A DNA stretch of 64,000 bases from Octopus vulgaris (Eukaryota), in the NCBI GenBank assembly GCA_951406725.2, contig OX597814.1:122884001-122948000 (forward strand). The letters are read 5' to 3'. A program made the position numbers and the translations under genes. The first letter of the stretch is position 1. Every line of letters begins with the position of its first letter. Below, in pieces: positions 28,201 to 42,583 of the stretch. The notes beneath the pieces were generated by a model. It was not told the origin of the DNA. It did no database searches and saw only the letters and a list, made by a program, of their open reading frames with translations.

Positions 28201-28895
28201 CAGTTATTCTCAAATGGTGCACCGCAGATTTTTAAAACAGTATGATTCAAAAAAACATTAGAAAATCTCTATTAATGTTTGAGTGCATTCAAAAAATATG
28301 TCATACATTATTTTGTTATGTACAAGCCTGATAAATAAAAAATACTAAGCATTACTCTTTTACTCTTTCACTTGTTTCAGTCATGTGACAGTGGCCCTAC
28401 TGGAGCACTGCTTTTAGTCAAGCAAATAGACCCCAGGACTTATTCTTTGTAATCCTAGTACTTATTCTATCGGTCTCTTTTGCCGAACCGCTAAGTTACG
28501 GTGATGTAAACACATCAATATCGGTTGCCAAGTGATGTTGGGGTGACATACACACACACACACACACACACACACGACGGACTTCTTTCAGTTTCCGTCT
28601 ACCAAATTCACTAGCGTGGCTTTCGCTGGCCCGAAGCTATAATGGAAGACAATTGCCCAAGGATCCACGCAGTGGGACTGAACCCGGAACTATGTGGTTC
28701 GTAAGCAAGTGACTTACCACACAGCCACTCCTACGCCTCTTTAGTTAACAATATCTGCATCTAAATATCTAAAAAATGTTAAACCTTGTGTACGTCTATA
28801 TGAGTACTCCTTAAGTTTTCCATACAAAGTGCTCCAGTATTTTCTTTTATTTGATCTCCAATATAATATCGAAGTCAAAGACTGAGAACCACTTG
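28201..28895. mobile_element. Possible old hAT-like MITE interrupted by a SINE
   Basis: Ends cagttattctca / tgagaaccact resemble CAGTGGTTCTCA-type TIRs; no 8 bp TSD visible. Confidence 0.3.
28353..28737 (-). mobile_element. SINE group A
   Basis: Same head, core and tail as other copies. Confidence 0.85.
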
Positions 28896-30142
28896 TACAA
28901 TGTTTTGTTATTTAAGATGGTGGCCATGTTTAACTATGATCCACTGAAATTAGGAAATAGGGATTAATCAAGGAAATTGAGTATATAACTTTGAAAAGAA
29001 TTTTATTTATAGTGTGGATTCAGCGATCGCCTGCATCTCCCATCCATTTTTATCTACTGTTTCTTCTCCCAACGCTACTCTCATAACTGTTATTAGATCC
29101 CTTCTCTTATATTCTTTAAAAAATGGTTTATCATTTATTTCCACGTATTACATTCCTGACCATCTGCTGACCTTCATCTCTTCCACTTAATCTTTTCATA
29201 TCTCTGTCTCTCCCTTCTTCCTCTACATTTTCTATAGCCTTTCTTTCACATCTTTTCTTTAACTATTTTCTTCTGCTCTGTTCTTCTCTTTTCTTCATCT
29301 CACTTTTTACTTTCTCCTAACTTCACCACGGTTATCACGAATTCTTCCTTTCTTTCTCGTTATTGTTATGTTTATTATTTTTATATTTTTATTTTTAATC
29401 CTTTTTATTTCACTTTTTATTTTGTATTTATTTCTATCCAACCAATTTGTCTCTTTATGTTCTAACCCTGACCACTTCCTGTGCTTCAATCCCTTCACCT
29501 TATCTCAACCTTTTCTTCTTTCATATTGTTGTCGACATGTTAGCCATCCTTTTCTAACTTCCCTTTCTTTCTTTGATATCGATTATTCTCTCTGTACATA
29601 TCAGTTTTGACCATTTTCTGACCCTTTATTCATTCCCTCCAGTCGGCTTTTCTTCTCATTTCACTAGCCCCTTGCTTTCCCCTTACCCATTTCCTCCCTC
29701 CAATTTTAATTCTTCTGTCCCTCCTCTTTCTATTGCCCCTAATGTATTTCCTTCCACTGTATTACTTCGCTAAACAAACCATTTCCTCTTATTCTCCAAA
29801 GAAAAACTCTGCCTAAAACGCTGCAATCCACTCCATTTCATGCTACACTAATATTATTTGCTTTTGTTTATTATAACAGACTTTTGCCGATCCAAAGTAG
29901 TACTGTTTTCAGAGAATTCTGCTACAATTCATTTATTCTTTTATTGGCTTCAGTCACTGAAATGCGGCCATGCTGGAGCACTGCTTTCAATGGTTTTCAT
30001 TGATCATATCTAACCCGATGTAAAGAATTCGAACGACATTCATTTCAAGTCACTCCAACCAATCTGAAATCGATTTTACATTACCTCCAAAGATATCCTG
30101 AATTTGATGTCATATTCGTATCAGCACGATCCGTATTACCTC

Positions 30143-30214
<72 letters not shown>

Positions 30215-30665
30215 AACTAAAATGACAAATTCTTATTTTGACAATCCGTGATACGATTATTGCACAAAATACATGAAACAACACTAAAAGGTAGTCTTAA
30301 AATCTGAAGAAATTAAAATGTCACAAAAAACGTTTAATGGTATTAAAAAACATTCTTGCTTTCGTTTCAATTGCATTTAAATTAAGTCTGATTGTAATAT
30401 AATTTATGATACAATTGCTTAAAGCAAAAAAGAGTGCGAATTATTATCGCTATGATTGTTGTTGTTAGTAGTAGTAGTAGTAGTAGTGTGAGTATTATCT
30501 ATACAAACATAAATAGAGCTGTTTTGAGTTATCTGAAGTCGTAGACCCGTAAGATGAAATTATCATCTGTCACCTACTCTTTTACTCATAGCTGTCTGTA
30601 AGTTATATAATAGAAATCTATTTACGAAATGGCTAAGTTACTTTTTCGACCAAAAGACACTTTGT

Positions 30666-31084
30666 TACTCTCTTTTACTCTTTTACTTGTTTCAGTTATT
30701 TGATTGTGGCCCTGCTGTAGCACCGCCTTTAGTCGGGAAAATCGACCCCAGGACTTATTCTTTGTAAGTCTAGTACTTACTCTATCGGTCTCTTTTGCCT
30801 AACCGCTAATTTACGGAGACGTAAATACATCAGCATCGGTAGTCAAGCGACGTTGGGGGTACAAACACAGACACACACACATACACACACACATACGCAC
30901 ACACACATATATACATATATACGACGGGCTTCTTTCAGTTACCGTCTACCAAATCCACTCACAAGGCTTTCGTCGGCCCGAGGCTATAGTAGAAAACACT
31001 TGCCCAAGGTGCCACGCAATGAGACTGAACCCGGAACCATGTGGTTCGTAAGCAAGCTACTTACCACACAGCCGCTCCTACGCC
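30666..31084 (-). mobile_element. SINE group A
   Basis: Same head, core and tail as other copies. Confidence 0.86.
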
Positions 31085-31344
31085 TTGTTATATACAAAGA
31101 TGTACGAGCGCGCGCGCAACGTGCTTCTACATAGTTTAGTTTACCAAATTCCACTGATAAGATTAACCCGAGATAAGAATAAGAGACATTTGCTGCTCAC
31201 ATAGGATCGAACTTGGCATATCTTATCTACGCCTATAAATTTCCTGCTATGCTTTAACAAGTCTTCAGAAATAACCACATTTCGCGTATTTGATCCCATA
31301 TCTTGACTTCTAACTAATTTGTATAGCTTATACATGTACATTGC

Positions 31345-31845
31345 GGAGGCGCGTGGCTTAGTGGTTAGGGTGTCAGCATCATGATCGTAAGATTGTGGTT
31401 TCGATTCCTGGACCGGGCGACGCGTTGTGTTCTTGAGCAAAACACTTCATTTCACGTTGGTCCAGTCCACTCAGCTGGCGAAAATGACTAACGCTGCGAT
31501 GGACTGGCGTCCCATCCAGCTGGGGAACACACACGCCATTGAAACCGGGAAAACGGGCCCATGAGCCTGGCTAGACATTAAAAGGGCGCATTTAGTGGAA
31601 ACGCGAGGCCTAGTGGTTAGGGTGTCAACATCATGATCGTAAGGTTGCGGTTTCGATTCCTAGATGGGGTGACGCGTTGTGTTCTTGAGCAAAACACTTC
31701 ATTTCCCGTTGCTCCAGTCCACTCAGCTGGCAAAAATGAGTAACGCTGCAATGGACTGGCGTCCCATTCAGCTGGGAAACACATACGGCATTGAAACCTG
31801 GAAACCGGGGCCATGAGCCTGGCTAGACTTTAAAAGGGCGCATTT
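31345..31845 (+). mobile_element. Two head-to-tail tRNA/CORE-like SINEs (group C)
   Basis: Each ~250 bp unit has A box tggcttagtggttag, B box gtttcgattcc, gtgttcttgagcaaaacactt core, gc(g/a)atggactggcgtccc block and taaaagggcgcattta end. Confidence 0.85.
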
Positions 31846-32100
31846 ATTTTTTATTTATATTTACTATTATCTTTCCAACAGATAGCATATTGCGAATGAG
31901 GATCTTCTCGAGCCGATCTTAAAATAAAAGGCATTTCAACCATATCCATCAGTATCTATTAGGACCTTATTTATTTTTTATTTATATTTACTATTATCTT
32001 TCTAACAGATAGCATATTGCCAATGAGGATCTTCTCGAGCCGATCTTAAAATAAAAGGCATTTCAACCATATCCATCAGTATCTATTAGGACCTTATTTA
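31846..32100. repeat. 127 bp tandem duplication
   Basis: ttactattatcttt... starts at 31861 and 31988; the two copies are nearly identical. Confidence 0.9.
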
Positions 32101-34855
32101 ATGTGGCCATTTTTCAGGATTTGAGTGAGATTTCAGGAAATATGATAGTGTGATATTTTATTTATTTTAATAATTTAGTCAGAAAAGAAGGAACAACGTC
32201 TGCAGCCCTTTTCAAAATTCCCGTGACCTGTAAAAGAAAGTTATCCACCGACTGAGACCAGCTAAGCAGGATTATTACAAAAGTATATACTCCTTTAAAG
32301 GCAGCCAAATTCCCAGGTACTAGTGTAAAAGAAGAACGGGATAGATCTCTCTGACGAACTTTTACATATTTTCCTTCCCTTAAACTTCACGCCAAAGGCT
32401 TTCATCAGTCAGATACCATCTTAGAAGACACTGATCCTCGGTATCATTTTGTTGGAATGAACATGAAACAACGTGGTTGCGAAGCAAACATCTTAATTAC
32501 AAACTCAGGTCTCTGCTCAAAGTACATAATCAAGATAAGTGAATTGATCTTGAGTCAAATAAGAATTACCAATAAGCTTTTACTCACTGTTTCTTGTGCA
32601 TATGTATTCACGAGTAGACCCTGCAGAACATCGAAGCTGCTGAGAAAGAGAAGAAGAGAGAAAAAAGGAGGGAGAGAGAGAGAGATGCACAGCACTCGAC
32701 TGGCTGAGTAGACTGGATCTGCTGATAATCGCAAGGACAGAGTGTTGCATCGTGTGTTTTGTGAAGGCACTTCATTTCCCGTTGTTCTAGTCCAGTCAAC
32801 GCTGAGACGTGCCTTCTCAAAGCCACAATGCACAGCTCGGTCTCGGTATCAGACCCAAGAGCTTAGGATCATGAGCAGGTCACCCTGACCACGAAACAAC
32901 TCACCTCCATCCAGGATATTTATTTAAAATCTGTAGCACACAATAATTTACCACACAGTGAAGATAGATGAGTTTAGATGATTCGCGCTAGGCCCTTATT
33001 CTATAAAGTCTGCTTTTGTCCGCATTGAAGGTAGAGAGCTATTTTAGACTTGTAGCTAGTCGAATGACCACATACAGACAACCTCATTGCAAAATAAAGT
33101 TAATCGATGATTTTCTGCAAGAAAAAATTCGAAATAGGACGTTGGTATTTCTCAGTAAGACTAGGATTGCAGCATTCAGATACTCCCGAATGAAGATGAG
33201 GTTTATACTTCGTGCGGTCAGAACATATCGAATTGATTATCAGTGTTTTTAGGGAGAGATTTACATCACGTGGAAAGAGTATCTTTCTTGACCTGAATGG
33301 CAGGTTATTTGTCTTGGACAACTCTGGCTACCATTGTGTTCTAACCATCATATTCTAGTTAGAATAAAATGCTTATCATAGTTGTATTTGAGTTTTTTTC
33401 TATTACTTTCTTGCTTTTCTATTTGTTTCCAGTATGGGTTTAATGGTTTTGTTGTCGTCGTTGTTGTTGCTGCTACTGTCGTTGCTGCTGCTACTGCTGT
33501 TGTGGCTGCTATAGTTGTTGTGGCTGTATATTCCCTAGCTGGCCCTGATAGAGCAGACCTTTAGTCGTCAGTGTAGATCTTTAGTAGTCAATGCTGTACT
33601 CCGACACTGATTGCCAATTATTTTCTGACATTGGTGTCAGGAACAGAATTCTTCTGGCGACAGAGGACGTTCCTGACATCTCAATAATTAGTGCTTCTGA
33701 GGACTAGAATGGCATCTTATCTGCACACTGGGATTGTGTAGGTATAATAGATAAGCGAGAGAGTAAACTTCCTTTAAATTTCGTCAGACAATTTCAGTTG
33801 TTTGGAAGCTGTCGAATTTATCTCTTGAATGCACCTTTATGTGTTTAAACAAATTGCAGCGAATCGTTCGATTCAAACGTTGAAAGCGTTAGCGGATAGA
33901 AATTGCGTAAGGCGTTTCAGATTTTCGATGGCTATCTTTAAAAACAGCATGTTTATGACAAGTAAAGTGAACTTAGATAAGATTTATAGGTATTGATTTG
34001 ATTACTTGAAGCTGAACGTGTCCTTTCCGGCAGAGCAATTCCGAGTAGTTAATTAGTTAATTGGGAATTGACGAGTTATATTATAAATAATAAATGTTGA
34101 ATGAGGTTAAAAAGAAAAATTGGATTAGAATCGCCGAGGTTCACTAATTAATTACGGATAGAAAACAATATTTCAGAGAGGGAGTTAGTCGTTAGCCAAG
34201 AAGAGGCTTCTAGGAAAGACATCGTGACCGAAATGAAATTAACAAGAATAGCCTTTGACCATTACTTCTACGCTAAACACGAACGTTATATTGTTCATTC
34301 TAAGATGCCAGCGCAAAGACACTGTTGTAAGAAATATGCTCAATGGGATTGGATGTTAGAAAAGTGACGCATTACATTGTGTACAATACGTGCGTTGTAT
34401 CCAAAAATGTGCGATCTTTCAGCAGCCTCTTCTGAACTGTTTGGCTGGAGAGGGGTTAAAAACAGTGTTCTTTAAATGTACAGGCATACAGTCATATCGA
34501 CTTGTTTACCAAATATACATTTAGCTTTACTGTAAAAAGCATCGAGATGTAGAATTTCAGAATAAACAACCCTACACACACCAAAACATTTTTTTTTTAA
34601 GAAAATGTTTTCAGTGTTCTCTGTTTTAAACACAACTGTAATTACTCTGCAAAAGTAATTATAAACATAATCAACGAAATATAAATAAATAAATATAAAT
34701 TGTTGTTTCTAAAGTTCGCAGTTAGTTAAAAAGTTTGTCTTTAAATTAGATTAACTCAACAAAAATATATTCCAAAAGAAGGAATTTTTGTCAAACGTTC
34801 TACTTCTTTCAGATAACTACATTTCGTATTTTTGAAAGCCATATGTGGCTTTGTG

Positions 34856-35150
34856 GAGGCACATGGCTTAGTGGTTAGAGCAGCGGACTCGCGGTCGAGG
34901 GATCGTGGGTTCGAATCTCATACCGGGTGATACATGTGTTTATGAGCGAAACATCTAAGCTCCACGCAGCTCCGGCAGAAGGTTATGGTGAACTTCTGCT
35001 GACTCTTTCGCCACAACTTTCTCTCACTCTTTCCTTCTGCATCTTGCAGCTGACTTGCGACGGACCGGCGTCCCGTCTAGGTGGGGAACCTATACGCCAA
35101 GGAAACCGGGAAACCGTCCCTATGAGCCAAGCATGGCTCGAGAAGGAACA
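34856..35150 (+). mobile_element. tRNA-derived SINE (group C variant)
   Basis: ggaggcacatggcttagtggttagagcagcggactcgcggtcgagggatcgtgggttcgaatc head; ggaaaccgggaaaccg..atgagcc tail. Confidence 0.8.
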
Positions 35151-35429
35151 AACAAAAATCTGCGGCTTTAACGTAGCAGTTTCTCGGTCTCTGATGAACA
35201 TATTCTTTATATGACCCAGCTCATAAAATTATAAACAGCGGGAACACTGAAAATTTGATGATTGTTTTGTCACGTCGCAGTGCTGAGTTCAAGCCTTATC
35301 GTTAATATCTACTGAAGAGAGCCGCCCACTTCTCAACTCCTTTTTTCTAGATATTCCTCTTATGAAGAGACGTATTCATTTGTGGCGATCCCAGTAGGTT
35401 ATGGATCATTACTTGAATTAAAAGGTGAA

Positions 35430-35780
35430 GACTATGTGATAAAAAGCTTGCTTCCCAATCACATGGTTCCAGGTTCAGTTCTACAGCGTGGCACCTTAAT
35501 CAAGTGACTTCTACTGCAGCCTCGGTCCAACCAAAGCCTTGTGAGTATATCTGGTAGAGGGAAACTGAAAGAAGCTCGTTGTTGATATACATATGTGTGT
35601 CTGTCTTTGTCTCCCACCATCACTTGATAACCGATGTTGGTGCGTTTACGTCTCAGTAACTTGGAGGTTCGGTAAAGAGTCCAATAGAATTAGTACCAGG
35701 CTTTAAAAAATAAGTACTGGGGTCGATCCATTCGACAAAAATACATTCAAGGCAGTGCCCCAGCATGGCCACAGTTTAAT
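35430..35780 (+). mobile_element. SINE group A, diverged
   Basis: gcttgcttcccaatcacatggttcc..ccaaagccttgtgag..ccagcatggccacag. Confidence 0.75.
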
Positions 35781-36300
35781 TGATTTTTGTAATTCATTCC
35801 TATGTAAGCATCGTTCGGGCATACCAGCAATTGGATTTTCAACCATTTTACATTTAGTCATGGGCGGGCATTTCAGTGCAACTCCGGTACGGTTCAGGTA
35901 TTTGATGTTTGTAAGCCACAAAAATGGTGAAACATTGATATCCATTGCTCCTGAATGAGTCTTGGGTTAGCTATCTCGTCTGTCTATGACTATAAATTTG
36001 AGAGAGTCATCTTTGAGGGAGTTATCTCTTTGAGTGAGTCATCTCAGCCGACCGGTGAACAAGCAAAGCACATATATCGTGCATGTATGTTCGATAATGT
36101 TTACAACATACGTGCTGCTTCTAATTCATATTTTTAATTCTTTTCTCGGTGGATTTCATATTCGTTTCTCTTTTTCCATCTGTAACTTTATTTTTTATCT
36201 TCTATATAAATGAAGATATTTCATCCGTCAGGCTGCTTTTCTTTCAACAAAACGAGAAGTTACATTGCAGAGCTATTATTTTAACGAATTGTATTTATTT

Positions 36301-36406
36301 ATCACCCGAAGAGACACATCTGCACCGAAGGATGCTCCTGAACCAGGTGTTGAGTGTCCCACCCATGAGAGATCGATGCTAGACATTTCGAAACAATTGT
36401 TGTGAT
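36301..36406 (+). ncRNA. Hammerhead-like motif with long stem II, followed by AATAAA
   Basis: atcac-CCGAAGA-...-tttc-GAAA-CAATTG-TT-gtgat: 5 bp stem I, palindromic stem III; stem II pairing uncertain. Confidence 0.42.
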
Positions 36407-36467
36407 TAATAAATTCTCGTATATTCCATCTTCCATCTTTCATTGGCCATATATATATATATATATA

Positions 36468-36871
36468 TTACTCTTTAATCTTACTCTTTTACTTGGTTCA
36501 GTCATTTGGCTTCGGTCATGCTGGAGCACCACCTTTAGTCGAATAAAATTGACCCCAGGACTTATTCTTTGTAAGCCTAGTACTTATTCTATCGGTCTCT
36601 TTTTGCCGAACTGCTAAGTTACGGGGACGTAGACACACCAGCATCGGTTGTCAAGCAATGGTGGGGGAACAGACACAGACAACAAACACATACATACATA
36701 TATATATACATATAGATATATATACGACGGGCTTCTTTCAGTTTCCGTCTACCAAATCCACTCACAAGGCTTTGGTCGGTCCGAGGGTATAGCAGAAGAC
36801 ACTTGCCCAAGGTGCTACGCAGCGGGACTGGTTGGTAATCAAGATACTTACCACACAACCAGTCCTGCGCC
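36468..36871 (-). mobile_element. SINE group A
   Basis: Same family; short deletion in the head. Confidence 0.82.
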
Positions 36872-39224
36872 TACTGGTGTCGATTTGTTCCATTAAATCC
36901 CTTCTAGGTGGGGGAGCTCGGCATGGCCGCAGTCCAGTAATTGCAGTAAGTAAAAGAAAAACAAAAGATTACCCGCTCACAAAGATTCTTTTAAATTTGT
37001 ACAGTCATCAGTATTCATAAACTAAAATCCAATACATCCTCTCTAAATCTCCGCTGGTAGGAGGTAAAACTATGATTCACCGATGAGGTTTAATAAGACT
37101 GGAACCTGACTGGAGTTACCATATTACTGCCAAAGATTAAACTCACGTCTCACTGCAATCTATTGTTAATTCATTTTAATTAATTTAATTACTCTGACTT
37201 GAATGCTATTATTAATCAAGTTATTTTCTTATTATCATGAATGTAAGTCTACTTAAAATGTCTTGCTTGTCTACATTGAGTGAATTAACTACCATTTTAC
37301 TAATATTCTATCCATTAGGATGTTACTGTTCACTAAAACATCACATCGATATGATTATTTGGAGAGATTTATGAAGAGTGTTTATTCAAATATCTGTGAG
37401 ATGCGATACTGACACATCACCGATATTACAAAAGTAGATGCAATGGTCACACCATTTATTTGTAAGTATGTGCATGCAAAAATACCACAAGTACATACCA
37501 CGCATACAATACATACACACACACACACACACATACACACACACACACAATACACAAACACAAATACGTACACAGAGGCTCACATACACACTCACACGTG
37601 AACACAACCTTCCAAACAGAAATTTAATAGCCACGTTTTATCGACAGAGATAAAGTTAATAGCCACACTAAATATATATCTGTACACACAAATTTCTAAC
37701 TAAACAATTATCTATCATATAATATCTCTCCCTCTCCCCCTCCTTCCTCCTTTCTCACCTCTTTCTTCCCCACCCCTCTCTCTATCTATCTATCTATCTG
37801 TCGATCTACCTGTCTGCTTGTCTCTTTCTATCTCTATCTCTTTCTATAAACATACCTACACACATCGCTTCAGAAGCAGTAGGTATATGCGTATGATTCT
37901 ATCTGTGCGTTCGTCCTAGCATCTGTGTACGGCTGTGTACACAGTGACTTCATCGGAATTAACACCGTATCAATAGCATTACTGACATCTAATCAATAGA
38001 TGAAAAGTCAGTCACCCATGGCTCATCATAAGTCTATCGAAATGAGAATCTAGAATCAATCCACATATCAAATTCCCATCGAATTTCGACCGATTTGAAA
38101 CGCTTGTCGGCTGATTTCCATTAATTTGTTCAGTGTCTCTACGGAAAAGCTAATCCTAGTGTACTGTTGGATGCACACATCTAACAAACTGTTAATACCG
38201 ACCTGTCTGTGTGAGTATGTTTAATGATCCCTGATGTTAACACTGCGATAATGCTCTCATTTGACATCACGAGGTACAATCGTTTCCCTGTGTAAAGAGA
38301 AAGTTACAGTATTTTCACAATACGTTGGAGAGGGGGCATTTTGTTTGAACATTTTCAGATTTATTCAGTATTTTATACTGTTTTGCGTACGTTTGGTTTG
38401 TAGATAAGGTTTTTGATAAGAGGAGGTAAGGTTTGTGCTTGATTATTTTGTTGTGGTTTCTTTTATTTGATGGGGTATGGGGATCAATCAAAGGCAAAAC
38501 ATTGACCATTGAGGGAAAAGGATTTAGACGAAATGGCTGAGAAAAAAATTAAATGAAATTTGTAGCATTTATAGGCAACGATTGAAATATGTTTTCTACG
38601 GCTTGAAGGGTATATTTTACAATAAATGGTTATTCATAATGATGTACTGATTGTAGATAGCATGATGGATAGTTGAGAAGGAGATGAATGGCGAGAAAGT
38701 GGGAGCGAGAAAGAGTGTTGTGTGTGTGAGAGAGAGAGACAGGAACATATACATTGTATACAGATACACAATTTCATGATTCATCTCATGGATGCACTAC
38801 AATGCATCATCAGTTATGTCTCGGGAGGCTTAGTGTAGTTCAGATCTTTCAAATCAGAGAACTCGCTTAGTTGACACAGATGGAGACCATAAAGTTCTAA
38901 TTTTCAGGCCCGTATTCTCTGCAACTTTAGCAATGGAAATTTCTCAATGAAAATTTCACAAGACAGTCAGTCGCCCGCTGACACTCGTTGACGCTACATC
39001 GAAGAGGCCAGGGAACAGAAGAAAGAAGAAGAAAGAAGACATGCATCCAACACCAGAGCTGAAGACACCTCCAAAAGAAGGGGCGTCAAAACGGTAGAGG
39101 AGTAGGGGCCGAAACCGGACGTGGTTCCTCCTGATGATGTCTTGAGCTAACTGGATCATATAAAGGAGCTGCTGTGGTAACAGACCACGAAACACGGTTG
39201 AAATTCCTATGGCCACTCCTTACT

Positions 39225-39470
39225 GTACCAATAACTTTAAGTCCAGTCTCCGCTTTGCAAAGTAAACCCCTCATAAAACCCTGTCAGCATGCCTCAATGG
39301 TTTGGCAACCCACAAGCCAGCATTGGTGTTTACATTGCTCTAACAACCCTTTGTATTTGGAAAACTTTCTCTCATGGGCCCCACCCTGTATTCCTCCAAG
39401 GCACAGTCAGTTCCTAACATGGTTATATGTTTGGAGGGATAACTATGTCTGGGTAGAGTATCGTTAGCAA
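39225..39470 (-). mobile_element. Hero/R2-type RLE LINE fragment
   Basis: Minus strand reads LYPDIVI..ELTVPW / AHERKFSKYKGLLEQCK..CW..IEAC*QGF, matching the PD..ELTVPWE..AHERK..KY..EVGCRGF RLE pattern. Confidence 0.7.
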
Positions 39471-39639
39471 AGTTCAAGTGCATAATATTTCCATAAGGAA
39501 ATCCATTACATTTGGTTGCAAAGGTTTAATGAATTTAGTGATTTTAATTAGATCAGATATGACATAGCACTCCAATATTCTCCAGCGAGTAAACTATAAT
39601 GTGTGTAACAAATATACATCACTAATATAAAGTATGTTC

Positions 39640-39846
39640 TTTTATTCGCTTATTGGTTTCGGTCATTTTACTGCGGTCACACTGAAGCACCGCCTTTAGT
39701 CCAACAAATCGACCCCAGGATTTACACTTTGTAAGCCTAGTACTTATTCTATTGGTCTCTTTTGCTGAACCGTTAAGTTATGGGGATGTAAACACACCAA
39801 CATCTGTTGTCAAGCGATAGTGGGGGAGACAAACATAGACACACAA

Positions 39847-39877
<31 letters not shown>

Positions 39878-40495
39878 CCTCGTTATGTTATATATCGCTG
39901 TTTTCGTCCGCCACTATAAAGGCTTTTTCCATTGCGCCAGAGAAAAAATTTGTTTGCTTGTTATCAGTCGTAAGACACTGTTGTTTTCACCGTTAATGCT
40001 TCTGTATTTCATGTTTCTGTATTCCTTTATTGTTTTTTGTTTTTTTATATCTGTCCCTTTTGCTGTCCTGGTGTTCGTATGCATTCGATCCTTCTTCCAG
40101 GAAATCTACGCTTCCAGCTTAGTTTTTCTAATGCTCGTTGCTTGGTTTTTCTTGGAGGGCTGGCCGTGATCTAGTAATCTCAAGATTAATCAGCCGAAAT
40201 TACTACGATGATCCGGTTCTTGACTGAAGACTGAGGGTTTCGAATGTCCTGTCCGTGTTTATTGTGTCGTCTTCTAAGAGTTATACGTTCTTGTCCATGT
40301 TGTATTTTTCTACATACCTTAATATATATATATATATATATACGAAGAGCTTCTTTCAGTTTCCGTCTACCAAATGCACTCACAAGGCTTTGGTTGGCCC
40401 GAGGCTACCGTAGAAGGCATTTGCCGAAGGTATTACGTAGTGAGACTGAACACGGAACCATGTGTTTGAGAAGCAAGCTTCTTAACACGCTGCCA
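39640..40495 (-). mobile_element. SINE group A with a ~440 bp unclassified insertion (~39878-40321) in its internal (TA)n
   Basis: Tail at 39640-39850 and head at 40340-40495 are separated by a TA-flanked block of different composition. Confidence 0.75.
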
Positions 40496-40997
40496 TCTTG
40501 TGTCGTACTTCAAGAACAACAAAGTGTACTGAAAAAAATAGTACTAAAATTCCTGGAACCTACCGTGATACCATGCTACAGAAGTGGTTGCAGATATTAA
40601 ATATACACACACATATAAAAAATGTACGCGCACACATACACATACACATGAGAATGCTGTAAGGTGATGCACAGGAACACAGATCTCAGTGTGCTGCACC
40701 TTATTGAAGAAACAGCCGTAGGTTAATGAAGTTGTTTACATAATTTCAGTTCCCATGTCATATATTTAATTTCATGCTGCGCTCTATACTCGTCAGACCC
40801 TTTATTCTGAAGCTTTATTCTGGGTTCTAATACCAGATTATTAGTGTCGCTGTGTCTAATTGATATCTTAAAATGCGTGTGTATGTGTGTGTGTACGATA
40901 AAATTTGGTGCACGATGACGACAAAGGAGCACATGGAAAACACAAAAGAAGTACGTCCATCCTTCATTAATTATCGACCATAAATCGTCATAATTTC

Positions 40998-41074
<77 letters not shown>

Positions 41075-41077
41075 AGT

Positions 41078-41206
<129 letters not shown>

Positions 41207-41817
41207 TTAAGAACCACACAAAGTGATTTAATAAAGCAGTTTTATTGCTTGCTCACTTTATTTTTATTTTTGCTCTGTTTTTGTATTTTGTCTCTTAAAT
41301 TTTCGAGTTCAGAGAACTCTTTTCAGAAGTGAATTTAACAGAACATGAATGACTAAAAGAAAGAAAACATATAATGAAGTAGACAGACATCTCGTCTGTC
41401 GAAGGCCGGAGAGCAACTGACATACTCAAAGTAGAAGCAGCATGTCGAAACTTCCCACTAATCAGACGAACTGTCAGATGAACGGCAAAGTTTGCTTTCT
41501 CGGAGATGGCAAAGGAAATCGGTCGATCAAAGAGAAATACAAAGGATTGCCTCGAATTCATCTTGTTGGGTGTGATTGCTATATGATGGTGTCGTTCCAA
41601 GTTAATTTGATACATTGTATCAAGTGAAACATTAACAGATATGAAAGTTAATGTGACGTAATGCAACATAGTTTTATAGTTATATATATGCGTCTCAAAT
41701 CTTGCTATATATATATACATATATATACTATCTGTATTTCTCTTTCTCTCTCCCTCTCCTTCTCTCCCTCTCCCTCTCTCCCTCTCTCCCTCTCTCCCTC
41801 TCTCCCTCTCCCCCTCT

Positions 41818-41965
41818 AATCCAAACATGAACAAAGAGAAAACAAAACAACGCGAGGACGTGGAACAAGTATAGTATTATTGGACGGTCAGGAAATGAAA
41901 GAAAGGAGGATTTAACGTTTTGAGCGGAGCTCTTCGTCAGAAATAGAGAAAGAAAATCGCCAAGA
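41818..41965 (-). mobile_element. Short hammerhead-bearing repeat (same family as 46881-47095)
   Basis: Minus 41910-41944: attt-CTGACGA-a-gagc[tcc]gctc-AAAA-CG-TT-aaat (G12 replaced by A). Confidence 0.62.
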
Positions 41966-42020
<55 letters not shown>

Positions 42021-42156
42021 CATATATCATATACCATTTAAATCTGCTTATGGTAACGTTCACAATATGCCGATAGAGCTCCTATTCCGTAACGCCGTCT
42101 ACCGCCTAATTACACTGACTAGCGATTCAGTTTTACGGTGTTGCATCAAGTTATAC

Positions 42157-42233
<77 letters not shown>

Positions 42234-42583
42234 ACATAGGATGTGTGTATGTTTGTGCGTTTGTCATGACGTTAAAACTCAACATCCGCCAATTTTACAC
42301 ACACATTACATAAGATCTGTGGAGTGGCATGGGCCAAAAATTTTCAGCTTCTTGCCTGATCTGGACCCAAAGGCAAATAAGCTGCATTTTTAAGCATTTT
42401 CGCAGCGTTAAGGACCGTAACTTGAAGAGTATCTAGTCGCTTTCCTCCAAATTTGCAACAAACATTAATCAGGCTCCTCCAATTGCTGTTGATTAAAAAA
42501 AAATTCCGACGCCGACTATGGGTCCCACCAAAATGAAGATTAATCAGATTTTAGTATACTAGCCCATTTTCCGACGATAAAAT

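Noticed and set aside
31345-31415. tRNA genes here and at 34856, 50120 and 53080
   Set aside because: A and B boxes are present but acceptor stems are broken and each continues into a SINE body.
39107-39142. ggcc-GAAA-CCGG-AC..CTGATGA type II hammerhead-like string
   Set aside because: Lacks the UH triplet, and stems I and II are mismatched.
41295-41834. 179 aa ORF
   Set aside because: Partly (GA)n-derived, and I recognise no domain in any frame.
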